Under the pieces are notes generated by a model. It saw only the letters and a list, made by a program, of their open reading frames with translations, did no database searches and was not told where the DNA came from. A program made the position numbers and the translations under genes. From an uncultured Gammaproteobacteria bacterium (GTDB taxonomy: Bacteria > Patescibacteriota > Patescibacteriia > UBA2591 > UBA6264): a stretch of 64,000 nucleotides of DNA. Below, piece by piece: positions 1 to 10,343 of this stretch. Numbering within the stretch: the first letter of the stretch is position 1; each line of letters opens with the position of its first letter. The stretch spans positions 24,152 to 88,151 of the forward strand of contig CAZQVF010000006.1 of the NCBI GenBank assembly GCA_964596735.1. Direction: 5' to 3'.

Positions 1-33
1 CCATGAATTAAATCATAAAAAATCATATATTTC

Positions 34-1221
34 TTATTTCCAAGAGCCTATCTTTTCAATCTCTTTATAATGTTTAAGTTTTTTTCTTCTTTCTAATTCT
101 TTAAAAATATTTTGGCTAATCATCTCCACTTGTTTATAGGTTTCAATAGTAATACTTTTTTCCAAAAGAGAAAGTATTTTTAAAAATCGATTTGTGTTTT
201 TCTCAATAATTCCAAAATTCCACCAAGGTTTAGCCGAGGCCCACCAATATTGATCCGAAGCAAGAGCCTTGTCTAAAAGCTTTCTGGCCTCTTTATAATT
301 AGAATTATCTCTAGCTTGTTTTATAAGACTAATAAACAAATTAGTTAATTGCCATTGATATTGATGAAGTTGATTTTCTGGATGTTGCCAAAGAGGATAT
401 GGAATCTTTTTTTGTAAATCCTTAATCTCTGTTGACCAGCTTGAAGGCAAGGGTTCAACTTCTATTAAAGGTTTATTTTTAAACATATCTAGGTATTCAG
501 AATAAGTAATGGTTTGTATTTTAGAACTTGTCAAAATTTCAGCCCATAAATCAGCTAAATGTTTACGATGGTGTCCAAGGTTTTCCCCATCAAAAGCAGT
601 AATTAAAAACTTATCTGACCGGCCATCTTTTTTAATAGATGAAAAAAACCTATCAATTGAATCTAACCATTTTCCAAAAAAAAGTAAACTTAAACCACGA
701 TTACGAAAAACTATTTTAAGATTTTTTGTTTTATAAATCTTATCAAATAAAACCTGGCCAAATTGTCCTTGATAAGCAATTTCATCTAAAACAATCCATT
801 GATATCCTAAGCCTTGAATAACCCGAGCAGTTTTTTTATCATAAGCCAACTCAGGCAGAAAAAAACCTTTTGGCTGCCAACCTTTACCAAAATATTTTTG
901 ATTAATATCTTCATTAAGTTTTATTTGACGACTTACCTCTGCCTTTGGTAAAAGGGGTAAAAGTGGATGATAAGCAGCTGAGCCGACCAATTCTATCTGC
1001 CCCTTTTTAGCCAAATGTTTAATTTGCTCTAAAAAACTTTGATGGCCATATTCAACTAATTGCTCGGTTAAAGACGCGCAAATATTTAAACTAAGTCTGA
1101 TATTAGGATTTGATTGTAAAACAGCTAAAATCCTATTATATGATTCTTTAACAACCTGGTCAATAATTTCTTTTTTTTGACCAGGGGGTTGATAAATATG
1201 TAAGAGATTGGCCCAATACAT
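34..1221 (-). CDS. GH57-family alpha-glucan-active enzyme (branching enzyme / 4-alpha-glucanotransferase-like)
   Basis: The N-terminal HIYQPP block resembles the GH57 HQP region and FDGENLGHH resembles the DGE catalytic region. The gene is adjacent to glgA. Confidence 0.5.
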   Translation of the reverse strand: MYWANLLHIYQPPGQKKEIIDQVVKESYNRILAVLQSNPNIRLSLNICASLTEQLVEYGHQSFLEQIKHLAKKGQIELVGSAAYHPLLPLLPKAEVSRQIKLNEDINQKYFGKGWQPKGFFLPELAYDKKTARVIQGLGYQWIVLDEIAYQGQFGQVLFDKIYKTKNLKIVFRNRGLSLLFFGKWLDSIDRFFSSIKKDGRSDKFLITAFDGENLGHHRKHLADLWAEILTSSKIQTITYSEYLDMFKNKPLIEVEPLPSSWSTEIKDLQKKIPYPLWQHPENQLHQYQWQLTNLFISLIKQARDNSNYKEARKLLDKALASDQYWWASAKPWWNFGIIEKNTNRFLKILSLLEKSITIETYKQVEMISQNIFKELERRKKLKHYKEIEKIGSWK

Positions 1222-1223
1222 AA

Positions 1224-2708
1224 CTATTTTTTGTTATTTGTTTTTCTTTTTCGAATTGCTTTTCGATAAAGAGTAATATATTTTTTAGCTGGTAAAGTCC
1301 AAGAATACGACTCCTTCATTGCTCGACGAACTAAGGTTTGCCAGGTGCTTTGTCTTTCATAATTTTCCAAAGCTCGAGCAAGGGCAAATAATAAATCCTT
1401 TGAACCATAAGAAGTAAAAACAAAGCCGTTTCCTCTTCCCGTCTTTGGATTATAGTCAGTAACAGTATCTGATAAGCCCCCAACTGCATGAACAACAGGA
1501 ATTGATCCATAACGCAAAGAAATTAATTGGGAAATTCCGCAAGGCTCAAAACGCGAAGGCATTAAATAAATGTCTGAAGCAGCATAAATCTTTCGAGCAA
1601 TATCTTCGCGGAATGGTGAAACAAATAATAATTTTTTAACATGTTTTCGTTTAATCACTCGCAAAATATCAACATAAATTCCCCCTCCACTGCCAATAAT
1701 AGCAACTTGTAAATTTTGTTTTAATAAGAAATCTAAAAGCTTAATAATCAATTCAAATCCCTTTTGTTCAGTTAAACGATTGGCTAAGCCAATCATGGGG
1801 GTATTTGGATTTATTTCCAACCCATATTTTTCTTGGAGAATTAATTTATTTTCTACTTTTTTCTCTAATAAATCAGCGTCGTAATTAACATAAACGTCTG
1901 GATCAAATTTGGGATTAAAAATAGCATAATCAACTCCATTAATAATCCCATAAACATCTCTCTTCCTTCTTCGTAAACGATTGTCTAATTGACAACCAAA
2001 CTCTGGGGTCATTAGTTCCTGAGCATGGCGCAAACTAACTGTATTGATAATATCTGCATGAATAATGGCTCTTTTAGCAAAATTTAATAATTCTAATCTC
2101 TCTAAATTTTCTGTTGGCAGGCCCTTACCTTCATCTCTTTTTTCTAAAGGAATCTTCCACCAATCCTCTGGACCCTGAAAAAGTAAATTATGAATGGTAA
2201 AAAGCGTGGCCACACTTTTTAGTTTCTCATCCTTATGATACTTCATTTTTAAATAACCAGGAATCAAGCCTGTGTGCCAATCGTGGCAATGAATTATCTG
2301 TGCGTCAAACTTTAAAATTTTGATTAATTCAATCGCTGCTAAATTAAAAAGAAGGAACCTCAGACCATTGTCTGGATAGGCATACATTCCTAGACCCCCT
2401 TTTTGCCGAGAACCAAAAAGCTTGCGCTGACAGACAAAAAAGACCGGATAGTTATCCGGACAAATAATTTTTTTAAAGCCAAATCTATATTTTTGGCCAG
2501 CAAATTCTAAGGTTATTCGGGCGCTTAGATTTTCCAAAGGCCAATCCTTGTTCTTTATAAAACCATAATAAGGGGTAATCACCATTACCTGATGACCTAA
2601 ACGCCGCAAAGCCCGCGGCAAAGACCTGGTAACATCTCCTAATCCTCCACTTTTAGAATAAGGTGAAATTTCAGAACTAACGTGAACAATTTTTAAGGGT
2701 CTTCTCAT
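1224..2708 (-). CDS. glgA: glycogen/starch synthase (GT5)
   Basis: N-terminal KSGGLGDV signature, HDWH and RFEPCG motifs are present, and the length is about 490 aa. Confidence 0.85.
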   Translation of the reverse strand: MRRPLKIVHVSSEISPYSKSGGLGDVTRSLPRALRRLGHQVMVITPYYGFIKNKDWPLENLSARITLEFAGQKYRFGFKKIICPDNYPVFFVCQRKLFGSRQKGGLGMYAYPDNGLRFLLFNLAAIELIKILKFDAQIIHCHDWHTGLIPGYLKMKYHKDEKLKSVATLFTIHNLLFQGPEDWWKIPLEKRDEGKGLPTENLERLELLNFAKRAIIHADIINTVSLRHAQELMTPEFGCQLDNRLRRRKRDVYGIINGVDYAIFNPKFDPDVYVNYDADLLEKKVENKLILQEKYGLEINPNTPMIGLANRLTEQKGFELIIKLLDFLLKQNLQVAIIGSGGGIYVDILRVIKRKHVKKLLFVSPFREDIARKIYAASDIYLMPSRFEPCGISQLISLRYGSIPVVHAVGGLSDTVTDYNPKTGRGNGFVFTSYGSKDLLFALARALENYERQSTWQTLVRRAMKESYSWTLPAKKYITLYRKAIRKRKTNNKK

Positions 2709-3787
2709 AAATATCCTAGATAATGACTAGCAATAATAAACATGGCGTGAGACCAAGATAAAGGATAAATACCTTGGCGGAAATCTTCAAAAATTTGTTC
2801 AGGAATATAATTTTGATAACCATCTTTTTCTATTCTTTTTAAAACCCACTCATAATACTCAAGAGCCCCCTTCTTGTTCCCGCTTAAAGCATAACATATT
2901 GATAACCAAAAATTCAAAATCGGCCAGGCCCCGCTGCCTTCTTGAGAAGAGCCTTCGCCGTCATAATAATCAAACTGGTAACGATGAACCCCTCCATTAA
3001 TCACTAACTTTTCTTCTATCCTTTTAATGGTTTCTCTAATTTCCTCGCTCTGCGGTTCATAAATTTCAAAAGGCCAAACCAACCCAAGCAACGAAGCGTC
3101 TATGTTTGAATCGTTAATTTTACCAAAAGTTCGATAAAAATATTTTTTCTCTTTATTATAGGCTTTTTTAATTTGTTCTATCATCTGCCAGGCTGTCTCT
3201 TTCCAAAGAGCAACCGGTTGTATTTGATAGGCTAATAACAATCCTCTTGCACAAGCCGCCAAAGAATAAGTAAAATTATTTTTCATAGTTACTGAGGTAT
3301 GACGATGAAACTCCTCCCAAATATCAATCGTATGCGTATCAAAATGAAATTTATCCCAATGATGACAAAGCCCATTACTTAAACGTTCTATTAAATCTTT
3401 ATATTTTAAAGCTTGTTTAATGTCTTCTTTAAAATGCCAATGAATTGCCCAAAGAATCTCTCCCGCCTGATCGGGCTGGAAAGAGCGCCCCATACTCCCC
3501 AATCGACCATTAGTTGCATAATTAGCATAGAGTATTTTATTCCTTTGAAAATCTTGTGGCGCATGATCAAGCCAGGAAAAAAATGGCTCTTGAATGGGAA
3601 TATTTAAAATATCAGCCGCAACACAGACAAAAGCTGCGTCGCGTGGCCAGACCCAACGATAATTAGCTGCTTCCCGATGGACATATGGCTTATCAATGTT
3701 TGCCGCAACAATAGCCCCGTTCTCTAAGGCACAATCTTTAAAAACTTCTCTTGACGTCTCAATTAATTTTTTAATGTCTTTCCTCAT
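2705..3787 (-). CDS. GH15-related six-hairpin glycosidase (glucoamylase-like)
   Basis: A WPRDAAF motif resembles the GH15 conserved region. The gene sits in an alpha-glucan cluster. Confidence 0.4.
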   Translation of the reverse strand: MRKDIKKLIETSREVFKDCALENGAIVAANIDKPYVHREAANYRWVWPRDAAFVCVAADILNIPIQEPFFSWLDHAPQDFQRNKILYANYATNGRLGSMGRSFQPDQAGEILWAIHWHFKEDIKQALKYKDLIERLSNGLCHHWDKFHFDTHTIDIWEEFHRHTSVTMKNNFTYSLAACARGLLLAYQIQPVALWKETAWQMIEQIKKAYNKEKKYFYRTFGKINDSNIDASLLGLVWPFEIYEPQSEEIRETIKRIEEKLVINGGVHRYQFDYYDGEGSSQEGSGAWPILNFWLSICYALSGNKKGALEYYEWVLKRIEKDGYQNYIPEQIFEDFRQGIYPLSWSHAMFIIASHYLGYL

Positions 3788-3839
3788 AATTAAATTACTT
3801 CATTATCTATACAATATAATATTTAATTTCAAGCTTTGC

Positions 3840-4319
3840 TTATAATTTAAAATTTTTTGTTTGCGCACAAGTAAGGGCAATAGCTAGGGCGTCAGCCACA
3901 TCATCTGGACGAGGTGTTTCCTTTAATTTAAAAACTATTTTTACCATTTGCTGAATTTGATTTTTAGAAGCTCGTCCATAACCAGTTAAAGCTTGTTTAA
4001 CCTGGAGAGGCGTAAATTCACTAACCTTAATTTTGTTCTCTGCTGCAGCTAAAATAGCAACGCCCCTTGCCTCGCTGACCCTCATTGCAGTTTTGACATT
4101 TTTAGCAAAATAAATATTTTCTATAGCAATTTGATCTGGTTTATTTTTTTTTATCAATGCTTCTATTCCATGATAAATCTGAGACAATCTTTTAGAAAAA
4201 TCTTCTTTTTTAGAGGTTTTGATGCAACCATAATCAAGAGCTATCAATTCATCATTTTTAAAAGAAATAATTGCATAACCAATGATTGCTGTACCTGGAT
4301 CAATGCCTAAAATAATCAT
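3840..4319 (-). CDS. ruvC: Holliday junction resolvase RuvC
   Basis: MIILGIDPGTAIIGYAI N-terminus, about 160 aa. Confidence 0.85.
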   Translation of the reverse strand: MIILGIDPGTAIIGYAIISFKNDELIALDYGCIKTSKKEDFSKRLSQIYHGIEALIKKNKPDQIAIENIYFAKNVKTAMRVSEARGVAILAAAENKIKVSEFTPLQVKQALTGYGRASKNQIQQMVKIVFKLKETPRPDDVADALAIALTCAQTKNFKL

Positions 4320-4336
4320 TTTACTTATCTAAAAAA

Positions 4337-5056
4337 TTATTCAATATTTGTATAATAATCATTAATGTCTGGATTATCATCAAGTTCGGCAAGAGTGGCA
4401 TTAACCTTTTTTTTTGATTCTTTGTCAATTTTAATTAAATCTTTAGCAAACCACTCTATCTGAGCATAATCTATTTTTACTCCCTGATTTTCTAATCCCT
4501 TTTTTATTTTTTCTAAATCCTCTAATTTAGTGTAAATAGCTAATTCATCTCCCTCTGTTCTTATGTCTTCAGCGTTAAGATCAATCGCTTTTAATTCAAT
4601 CTCTTCTTTCTTTTTTAAATCATCAGTAACAATTCTAATAATTCCCCTTTTTTCAAACATCCAGCAAACAGAATTTTGACCAGCTAAGCTTCCTCCATGT
4701 TTATTAAAAATCCGTCGCAAATTAGCCACGGTTCTATTCTTATTGTCAGTCAAAGCTTCAACAATAAATGAAGTTTTATTAGGACCAAATGCTTCATAAA
4801 TCACCTCTTCAATCTGCCCGCCAGTTGATTCTCCTGTTCCTCTCTTAATTGCTCTTTCAATATTATCTTTTGGTAAATTAGCTTTTCTTGCGTTTTCAAT
4901 GGCTAAACGTAATTTAAAATTACTGTCTGAATCTCCACCGCCCTCACGAGCGGCAATAGTAATCACATTGCCTAATTTTGTAAACATAGCCCCTCTCTTA
5001 GCGTCAAGCGCCCCTTTAGAATGCTTTAATTTTGCCCATTTTGAATGGCCACTCAT
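4337..5056 (-). CDS. YebC/PmpR family DNA-binding regulator
   Basis: MSGHSKWAKLKH N-terminus and overall YebC-like architecture. Confidence 0.85.
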   Translation of the reverse strand: MSGHSKWAKLKHSKGALDAKRGAMFTKLGNVITIAAREGGGDSDSNFKLRLAIENARKANLPKDNIERAIKRGTGESTGGQIEEVIYEAFGPNKTSFIVEALTDNKNRTVANLRRIFNKHGGSLAGQNSVCWMFEKRGIIRIVTDDLKKKEEIELKAIDLNAEDIRTEGDELAIYTKLEDLEKIKKGLENQGVKIDYAQIEWFAKDLIKIDKESKKKVNATLAELDDNPDINDYYTNIE

Positions 5057-5181
5057 AAAAATGTAGATAAATATTCTTTATTAAACAACTCTTATTATAT
5101 CAAAATCAACCGCTTTATACAATAGACAACCCTTAATTTTAGTGTTAAAATACTAACATATTTAAAAAGTAATGTTTTTCT

Positions 5182-6243
5182 ATGAGTTTTCTTGATAACA
5201 TTAAACAAATTCAAAAATTAGATAAATCTAATATGTCTGATTTTATTGCTGATTTACCAGAAAAATGCTCAAAAGCCTATACTTTAGCCCAAAAGATCAT
5301 TTTACCTCAAGACTATCAAGATATAAACATTGAAAATGTTGTTATCTGTGGCATGGGCGGTTCGGGAATTGGTGGAGAATTGGTTAAAAATATTATTGCT
5401 GATCAGCTTAAAAAACCTATTATTATCATCCGGGACTGGAATCCCCCTAAAATGATTAATAAAAATAGTTTAGTTTTTCTAGTGAGTTATTCAGGCAATA
5501 CTAAGGAAACATTATCTTGTGCAGAAATAGCCCTTCGGGCAAAAGCTAAAATTTTTGTCATTACTCAGGGCGGAGAATTAAAAAGATTTGCTCAAAAAAA
5601 TAAATTACCTATTTTTAATTTTCAATATAAAACGCCTCCTCGAGCCAGTTTAGGTTATCTTTTAATGCCTATTTTGATTGTTTTAGAAAAAAGTAAACTT
5701 ATTAACCTCAAAAAGCTACAAATACCTCACAATTTAAAAATATTAAAAGAATTTAACCAGCTCTTCTATCCTCAAACGTCAACTGAAAAAAACATTGCCA
5801 AACATTTAGCCTATTTTGTCTTTGATCACCTGCCTATTGTTATTGCCCCGACAAATCTTTCTGGAGTGGCTAGGCGTTGGAAAACACAATTTGCCGAAAA
5901 TGGCAAAAATTTTTCTTTCTTTGAAACTGAACCAGCCATTTTTCATAATTTTATTGAAAGCAGGTTTCCCCAACGCTTAAAAGATGATTTTGCTTTTTTA
6001 ATCTTAGAAAATCTTAAAAAACAAACAAAATCTAAAAAATCTTTAAAAGAATTTGAAAAGCTTTTAGAGGAACAATGTATTTGTTGGGAAAAAATTCCTC
6101 AATTTGGCAAAAATATCTTCACCCAGATACTCTCTTTGGTTTTACTTGGTGATTGGATTAGTTTTTATCTAGCCATGCTCAATCAGGTAGACCCGACACC
6201 TGTACAACAAATTGAAGCAATAAAAAGAAGCTCAAAAAAATAA
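5182..6243 (+). CDS. bifunctional phosphoglucose/phosphomannose isomerase (SIS domain)
   Basis: CGMGGSGIGGE SIS motif, about 350 aa, archaeal-type PGI/PMI architecture. Confidence 0.6.
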   Translation: MSFLDNIKQIQKLDKSNMSDFIADLPEKCSKAYTLAQKIILPQDYQDINIENVVICGMGGSGIGGELVKNIIADQLKKPIIIIRDWNPPKMINKNSLVFLVSYSGNTKETLSCAEIALRAKAKIFVITQGGELKRFAQKNKLPIFNFQYKTPPRASLGYLLMPILIVLEKSKLINLKKLQIPHNLKILKEFNQLFYPQTSTEKNIAKHLAYFVFDHLPIVIAPTNLSGVARRWKTQFAENGKNFSFFETEPAIFHNFIESRFPQRLKDDFAFLILENLKKQTKSKKSLKEFEKLLEEQCICWEKIPQFGKNIFTQILSLVLLGDWISFYLAMLNQVDPTPVQQIEAIKRSSKK

Positions 6244-6246
6244 ATA

Positions 6247-7926
6247 ATGTTGAATATTTTGTTTGTTAAAATTAAAAAAAACTGGCAATGGTTAGGTTAT
6301 TTTTTTATTTTTGCCCTGGGTTTTATTGTTTTTCTCTACCTTCTTATTCCCCCGGGGATTCTTTGTCCAGATAGTTTTTATCACACTAAGATGGCTTTGA
6401 TGATAAAGGATCAAGGCCTGATTCAAGATTTTCCCTGGACTCAATTTACTACCTATAAAGACCTGTTTGTTGATCATCATTTTGTCTATCATTTATTTTT
6501 AATTCCCTTTCTTAGTTTGCCCACCCCAGATAATCTGGATACTTTTTCAGCAGAACTTGACCCTTTAATTAAGGCTAAACTAGGGACTGCATTTTTTGCT
6601 GCCCTGGTTTTTTTGTTTATTTATTGGCTTTGTCGACGCTTAAAAATAAAGCTGCCTTTTGTTTGGACTTTATCTGGATTTTTGGTTTCTTATTTTATCC
6701 TTCGCCTTTCCCTTATCAGGGCCCCAGCTTTATCTTTAATTCTTCTTATTCTTGGCTTTTATTTTATTTTAAAAAAGAAGTATTTAGGACTATTCTTTGT
6801 TTGTTTCTTTTATGTCTGGACTCATGGCACCTGGCCTTTAATATTAATTGTCGCTATTTTATATTGTCTATCTCAAACTGTTAAAAATTTAACTATCAAT
6901 TGGACTAATATATTTATTGAAAATAAAAAGAGGTTATTTCAAACCATTAAATACGCTTTTATTTACTTTTTTGAAAAAAGTAATGTAAAAATATTATCAA
7001 CCTGTATAATGGGTCTTTTCTTGGGCCTGGTTATCAACCCCTACTTTCCAAAAACACTGCCTTTTTACTGGTTTCAAACAATCAAAATCGGTGTTTTAAA
7101 TTATCAAAACAAAATTGGAGTAGGGGCTGAATGGTATTCTCCTGATCCCCAAATGCTTTTCTTTAGTGTTTTACCAATTCTTATCCTCTGGTTAATCTCT
7201 CTGGCCTGGTTTATTACTAAACAAAAAGGACAAAATTCTTCATCCTGGTTTTTCGTTTTTGTCTCTACTTTTTTTCTTCTCTATACATTAAAGGCGAGAC
7301 GTAACATTGAATATTTTGTCCCCTCAGCCATCTTTTTGAATGGACTCATTTTTACTCAAATAGCAAAAAAAATAAATTGGGGAGCTCTTAAAAAACATTT
7401 AAAAGAATTTTTTCAAGGACCAGACAATATTTTCTATTTTATCACTACGATTATTTCAAGTATTTTAGTAATCTTTTTTATTGGATTTTATCTTAATTTT
7501 AGTATTAAAAACCTTTTCCAATCTTATACTAATGAATCTCGTAGCTTAAATTCTCTGCAAATGGCTAGTCATTGGATAAAAACTAATGTCCCATCAGAGG
7601 AAATTATCTTTCAAAGTAATTGGGCAATCTTCCCTCATTTATTCTATTTTAATACTCAAAATTATTATATTAATGGTCTAGACCAAACCTTTATGTACGA
7701 AAAGGACAAAGAACTTTATCAAGACTGGCTAGATTTGGTTTCTTATCATGTTGATCCAAATCAAACGGCTCAAATCTTAAAAGAAAAATTCAAGGCTTCT
7801 TATGTTCTGGTTGACAAAAATGATGAACGATTTACTAGATTAATAGAAAAATCAAAATTTTTAAAACAAGTTTATAAAGACGACCAAGCCAGTATTTATC
7901 AAATAGATTTTAACTATGTCCATTAA
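6247..7926 (+). CDS. polytopic membrane protein, GT-C-like glycosyltransferase candidate
   Basis: More than 10 predicted TM helices across 559 aa, lying between GT2 polyprenyl-phosphate-sugar synthase-like genes. Confidence 0.35.
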   Translation: MLNILFVKIKKNWQWLGYFFIFALGFIVFLYLLIPPGILCPDSFYHTKMALMIKDQGLIQDFPWTQFTTYKDLFVDHHFVYHLFLIPFLSLPTPDNLDTFSAELDPLIKAKLGTAFFAALVFLFIYWLCRRLKIKLPFVWTLSGFLVSYFILRLSLIRAPALSLILLILGFYFILKKKYLGLFFVCFFYVWTHGTWPLILIVAILYCLSQTVKNLTINWTNIFIENKKRLFQTIKYAFIYFFEKSNVKILSTCIMGLFLGLVINPYFPKTLPFYWFQTIKIGVLNYQNKIGVGAEWYSPDPQMLFFSVLPILILWLISLAWFITKQKGQNSSSWFFVFVSTFFLLYTLKARRNIEYFVPSAIFLNGLIFTQIAKKINWGALKKHLKEFFQGPDNIFYFITTIISSILVIFFIGFYLNFSIKNLFQSYTNESRSLNSLQMASHWIKTNVPSEEIIFQSNWAIFPHLFYFNTQNYYINGLDQTFMYEKDKELYQDWLDLVSYHVDPNQTAQILKEKFKASYVLVDKNDERFTRLIEKSKFLKQVYKDDQASIYQIDFNYVH

Positions 7927-8677
7927 AGCCCCTGACTATAAAATTGTTGCGGTTCTTCCTGCTTACAACGCAGAAAAAACATTAAAAAAAACCTTACATG
8001 ACATTGATCAAAATTGGGTCGATGAGATTATTTTAGTTGATGATGCCAGCCAAGATAATACTGTAGACCTAAGTAAAAAACTTGGGTTAAAAACATTTAA
8101 ACACAATAAAAACTTAGGATATGGAGGAAATCAAAAAACTTGCTATGAACAAGCTTTAAAATTAAAGGCTGATATTATAATTATGATTCATCCTGATCAC
8201 CAATATGATCCTACTTATATTCCTCAAATTGTTCTTCCTATTATCCGAGGTAAGGCTGATGCTGTTTTTGGCTCACGAATAATGGTTAAAGGGTGGGCCC
8301 TAGAAGGAGGAATGCCTTTATGGAAATATTTAGCTAATATCTTCTTAACCAAGATAGAAAATCTTTTTCTGGGCTTAAAACTCACTGAATATCACTCTGG
8401 TTTTCGGGCTTATCATTCTAAAATTTTTAAAAATATCCCTTTTAAAAAATTTTCAGATGACTTTGTTTTCGATACTGAAATTATTGTTCAACTCAAAATT
8501 CACAAATTTAAAATTAGAGAAATTCCTATTACCACTCGCTATTTTAAAGACGCCTCTATGATTGGATTTAGAAGGGGCGCTCAATATGGAATGGATATTT
8601 TAAAAGTACTTTTTAATTTTACTTTATCACGACTAAATATAAAAAAAGATCCCCGTTTTAAAAAAAATGACAATTAA
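7916..8677 (+). CDS. GT2 glycosyltransferase (Dpm1/polyprenyl-phosphate sugar synthase-like)
   Basis: VLPAYNAEKTL ... DDASQDNT GT2 N-terminal motifs, about 250 aa. Confidence 0.8.
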   Translation: MSIKAPDYKIVAVLPAYNAEKTLKKTLHDIDQNWVDEIILVDDASQDNTVDLSKKLGLKTFKHNKNLGYGGNQKTCYEQALKLKADIIIMIHPDHQYDPTYIPQIVLPIIRGKADAVFGSRIMVKGWALEGGMPLWKYLANIFLTKIENLFLGLKLTEYHSGFRAYHSKIFKNIPFKKFSDDFVFDTEIIVQLKIHKFKIREIPITTRYFKDASMIGFRRGAQYGMDILKVLFNFTLSRLNIKKDPRFKKNDN

Positions 8678-10268
8678 ACAAATTAGACAAAATATAGATA
8701 AAAAAGAATGGTCATTTTTAGCCATCATTGCCTTTCTTTTAATTTTTATCACTTCTTTACCCTATGTTTATGGTTATTTAACTGCTCCAGAAGATACCTA
8801 TTTTTTAGCTGTTTCTGGTGTCAACCGTGGTGATTATGCTAATTATTTTTCCTATATTGAACAAACTAGAGATGGGCACTTATTATTTAAAGATCTTTAC
8901 ACTACAGAGCCGCAACCAAGAGTAATCCTTAATTTATTCTTCCTAGGGCTTGGTCTTTTTGCTAAATTTTTTAATCTTTCAGCTATTGCTATTTTTCAAA
9001 TTAGTAGAATTATCTTAATTCCTATCTTTGTTTTCATTTTTTATCTTTTTATTTCTCTTTTATTTAAAGAAAAATTAAAAAGGAAATTGGGATTAATCTT
9101 TATTTGTTTCTCGGCTGGATTAGGAGGTTTATTCTCTTTATTTCTTACCTTTCCTACTTTGCAAATACCAATAGATTTATGGATTCCTGAAGCATTTACT
9201 TTTTTAAGTTTATTTCTTAATCCTCTTTATATTTTTTCTTTTATATTAATAATCTTTGCGTTCTTTTTAATACTTTTAGCCAAGAAAAATGCTTCTTATA
9301 AATATAGTTTTTTAGCTGGGGTCTGCGGATTAATTCTTTTTCAAATTCATCCTTATGACATTCCTATTATTTTTCTAACTTTATTTATTTTTTGGATACT
9401 ATCAAGCATAGTAGAAAAACGTATCAATTGGAAACTTTTTAAACATTATTTGGTTTTTATCTTGGTTTCCTCGCCGTCAGTCATATACTATTTTTGGCTT
9501 TCCACAAGCCATTTTGTCACTGTAGAACGCCTTGCCCAAGCCTCCTCTCTTTTAATTACTCCATCAATTTTAGCTTTTATTTTAGGATATGGTTTTATTC
9601 TGCCTTTGACTTTAATTGGAATATATGTCTTTTTGAAAAAAAAATCTTCTTATCTTCCACTTTTGATAGCCTGGCTCATGGTCCATCTTGCCCTTCTTTG
9701 CCTTCCTTTACCCCTTCAAAGAAAAATGACAGAAGGATTACATATTATTCTTTGTGTTTTTGCTGTTGAAGGAATATGGCTTATTCATCAAAAATTTAAT
9801 TTATTAAAATATAAGTTTTTGTGGCTTGTTATTTTTATCTTTCTTTTTAATTTTTCAAATATCTTTATAATAAAAAGAGACATTAATTATTATAAGACTT
9901 CATATTTTTCTATCCCAAAAGAGTTAATCTCTTCTATGAAATGGCTAAGAATTAACTCCCCCAAAGAAGCAAATGTTATTAGTAATTCTGACATGATTAC
10001 CAACAACCTAATTCCTGCTTTTTCAGTAAGAAAAATTTATTTTGGTCATCGAATAGAAACTATTCAGGCGGCAAAAAAAGAAAAAGAGGTTTCTTGGTTT
10101 TTTGAAACAAATAAAAATGACGATGAAAAATATTCTTTTCTTCAAAAAGAAAAATTAGATTATGTTTTTATAAATAAAAAAGAAGAATATATTTTTCACC
10201 CTAGAGAAAAACCATATTTAAAAATTATCTTTGATAATAATACTGCTAGTATTTTTCAAGTTCTATAA
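8667..10268 (+). CDS. polytopic membrane protein, GT-C-like glycosyltransferase candidate
   Basis: Many TM helices in the N-terminal 400 aa followed by a soluble C-terminal domain, an ArnT/PMT-like layout. Confidence 0.35.
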   Translation: MTIKQIRQNIDKKEWSFLAIIAFLLIFITSLPYVYGYLTAPEDTYFLAVSGVNRGDYANYFSYIEQTRDGHLLFKDLYTTEPQPRVILNLFFLGLGLFAKFFNLSAIAIFQISRIILIPIFVFIFYLFISLLFKEKLKRKLGLIFICFSAGLGGLFSLFLTFPTLQIPIDLWIPEAFTFLSLFLNPLYIFSFILIIFAFFLILLAKKNASYKYSFLAGVCGLILFQIHPYDIPIIFLTLFIFWILSSIVEKRINWKLFKHYLVFILVSSPSVIYYFWLSTSHFVTVERLAQASSLLITPSILAFILGYGFILPLTLIGIYVFLKKKSSYLPLLIAWLMVHLALLCLPLPLQRKMTEGLHIILCVFAVEGIWLIHQKFNLLKYKFLWLVIFIFLFNFSNIFIIKRDINYYKTSYFSIPKELISSMKWLRINSPKEANVISNSDMITNNLIPAFSVRKIYFGHRIETIQAAKKEKEVSWFFETNKNDDEKYSFLQKEKLDYVFINKKEEYIFHPREKPYLKIIFDNNTASIFQVL

Positions 10269-10343
10269 TTAAAATACATTAATTTATATACAATGGAATT
10301 TAATTTCAAGGTTCCTAAGCGTAGCGAAGGGTTCTTATAATCT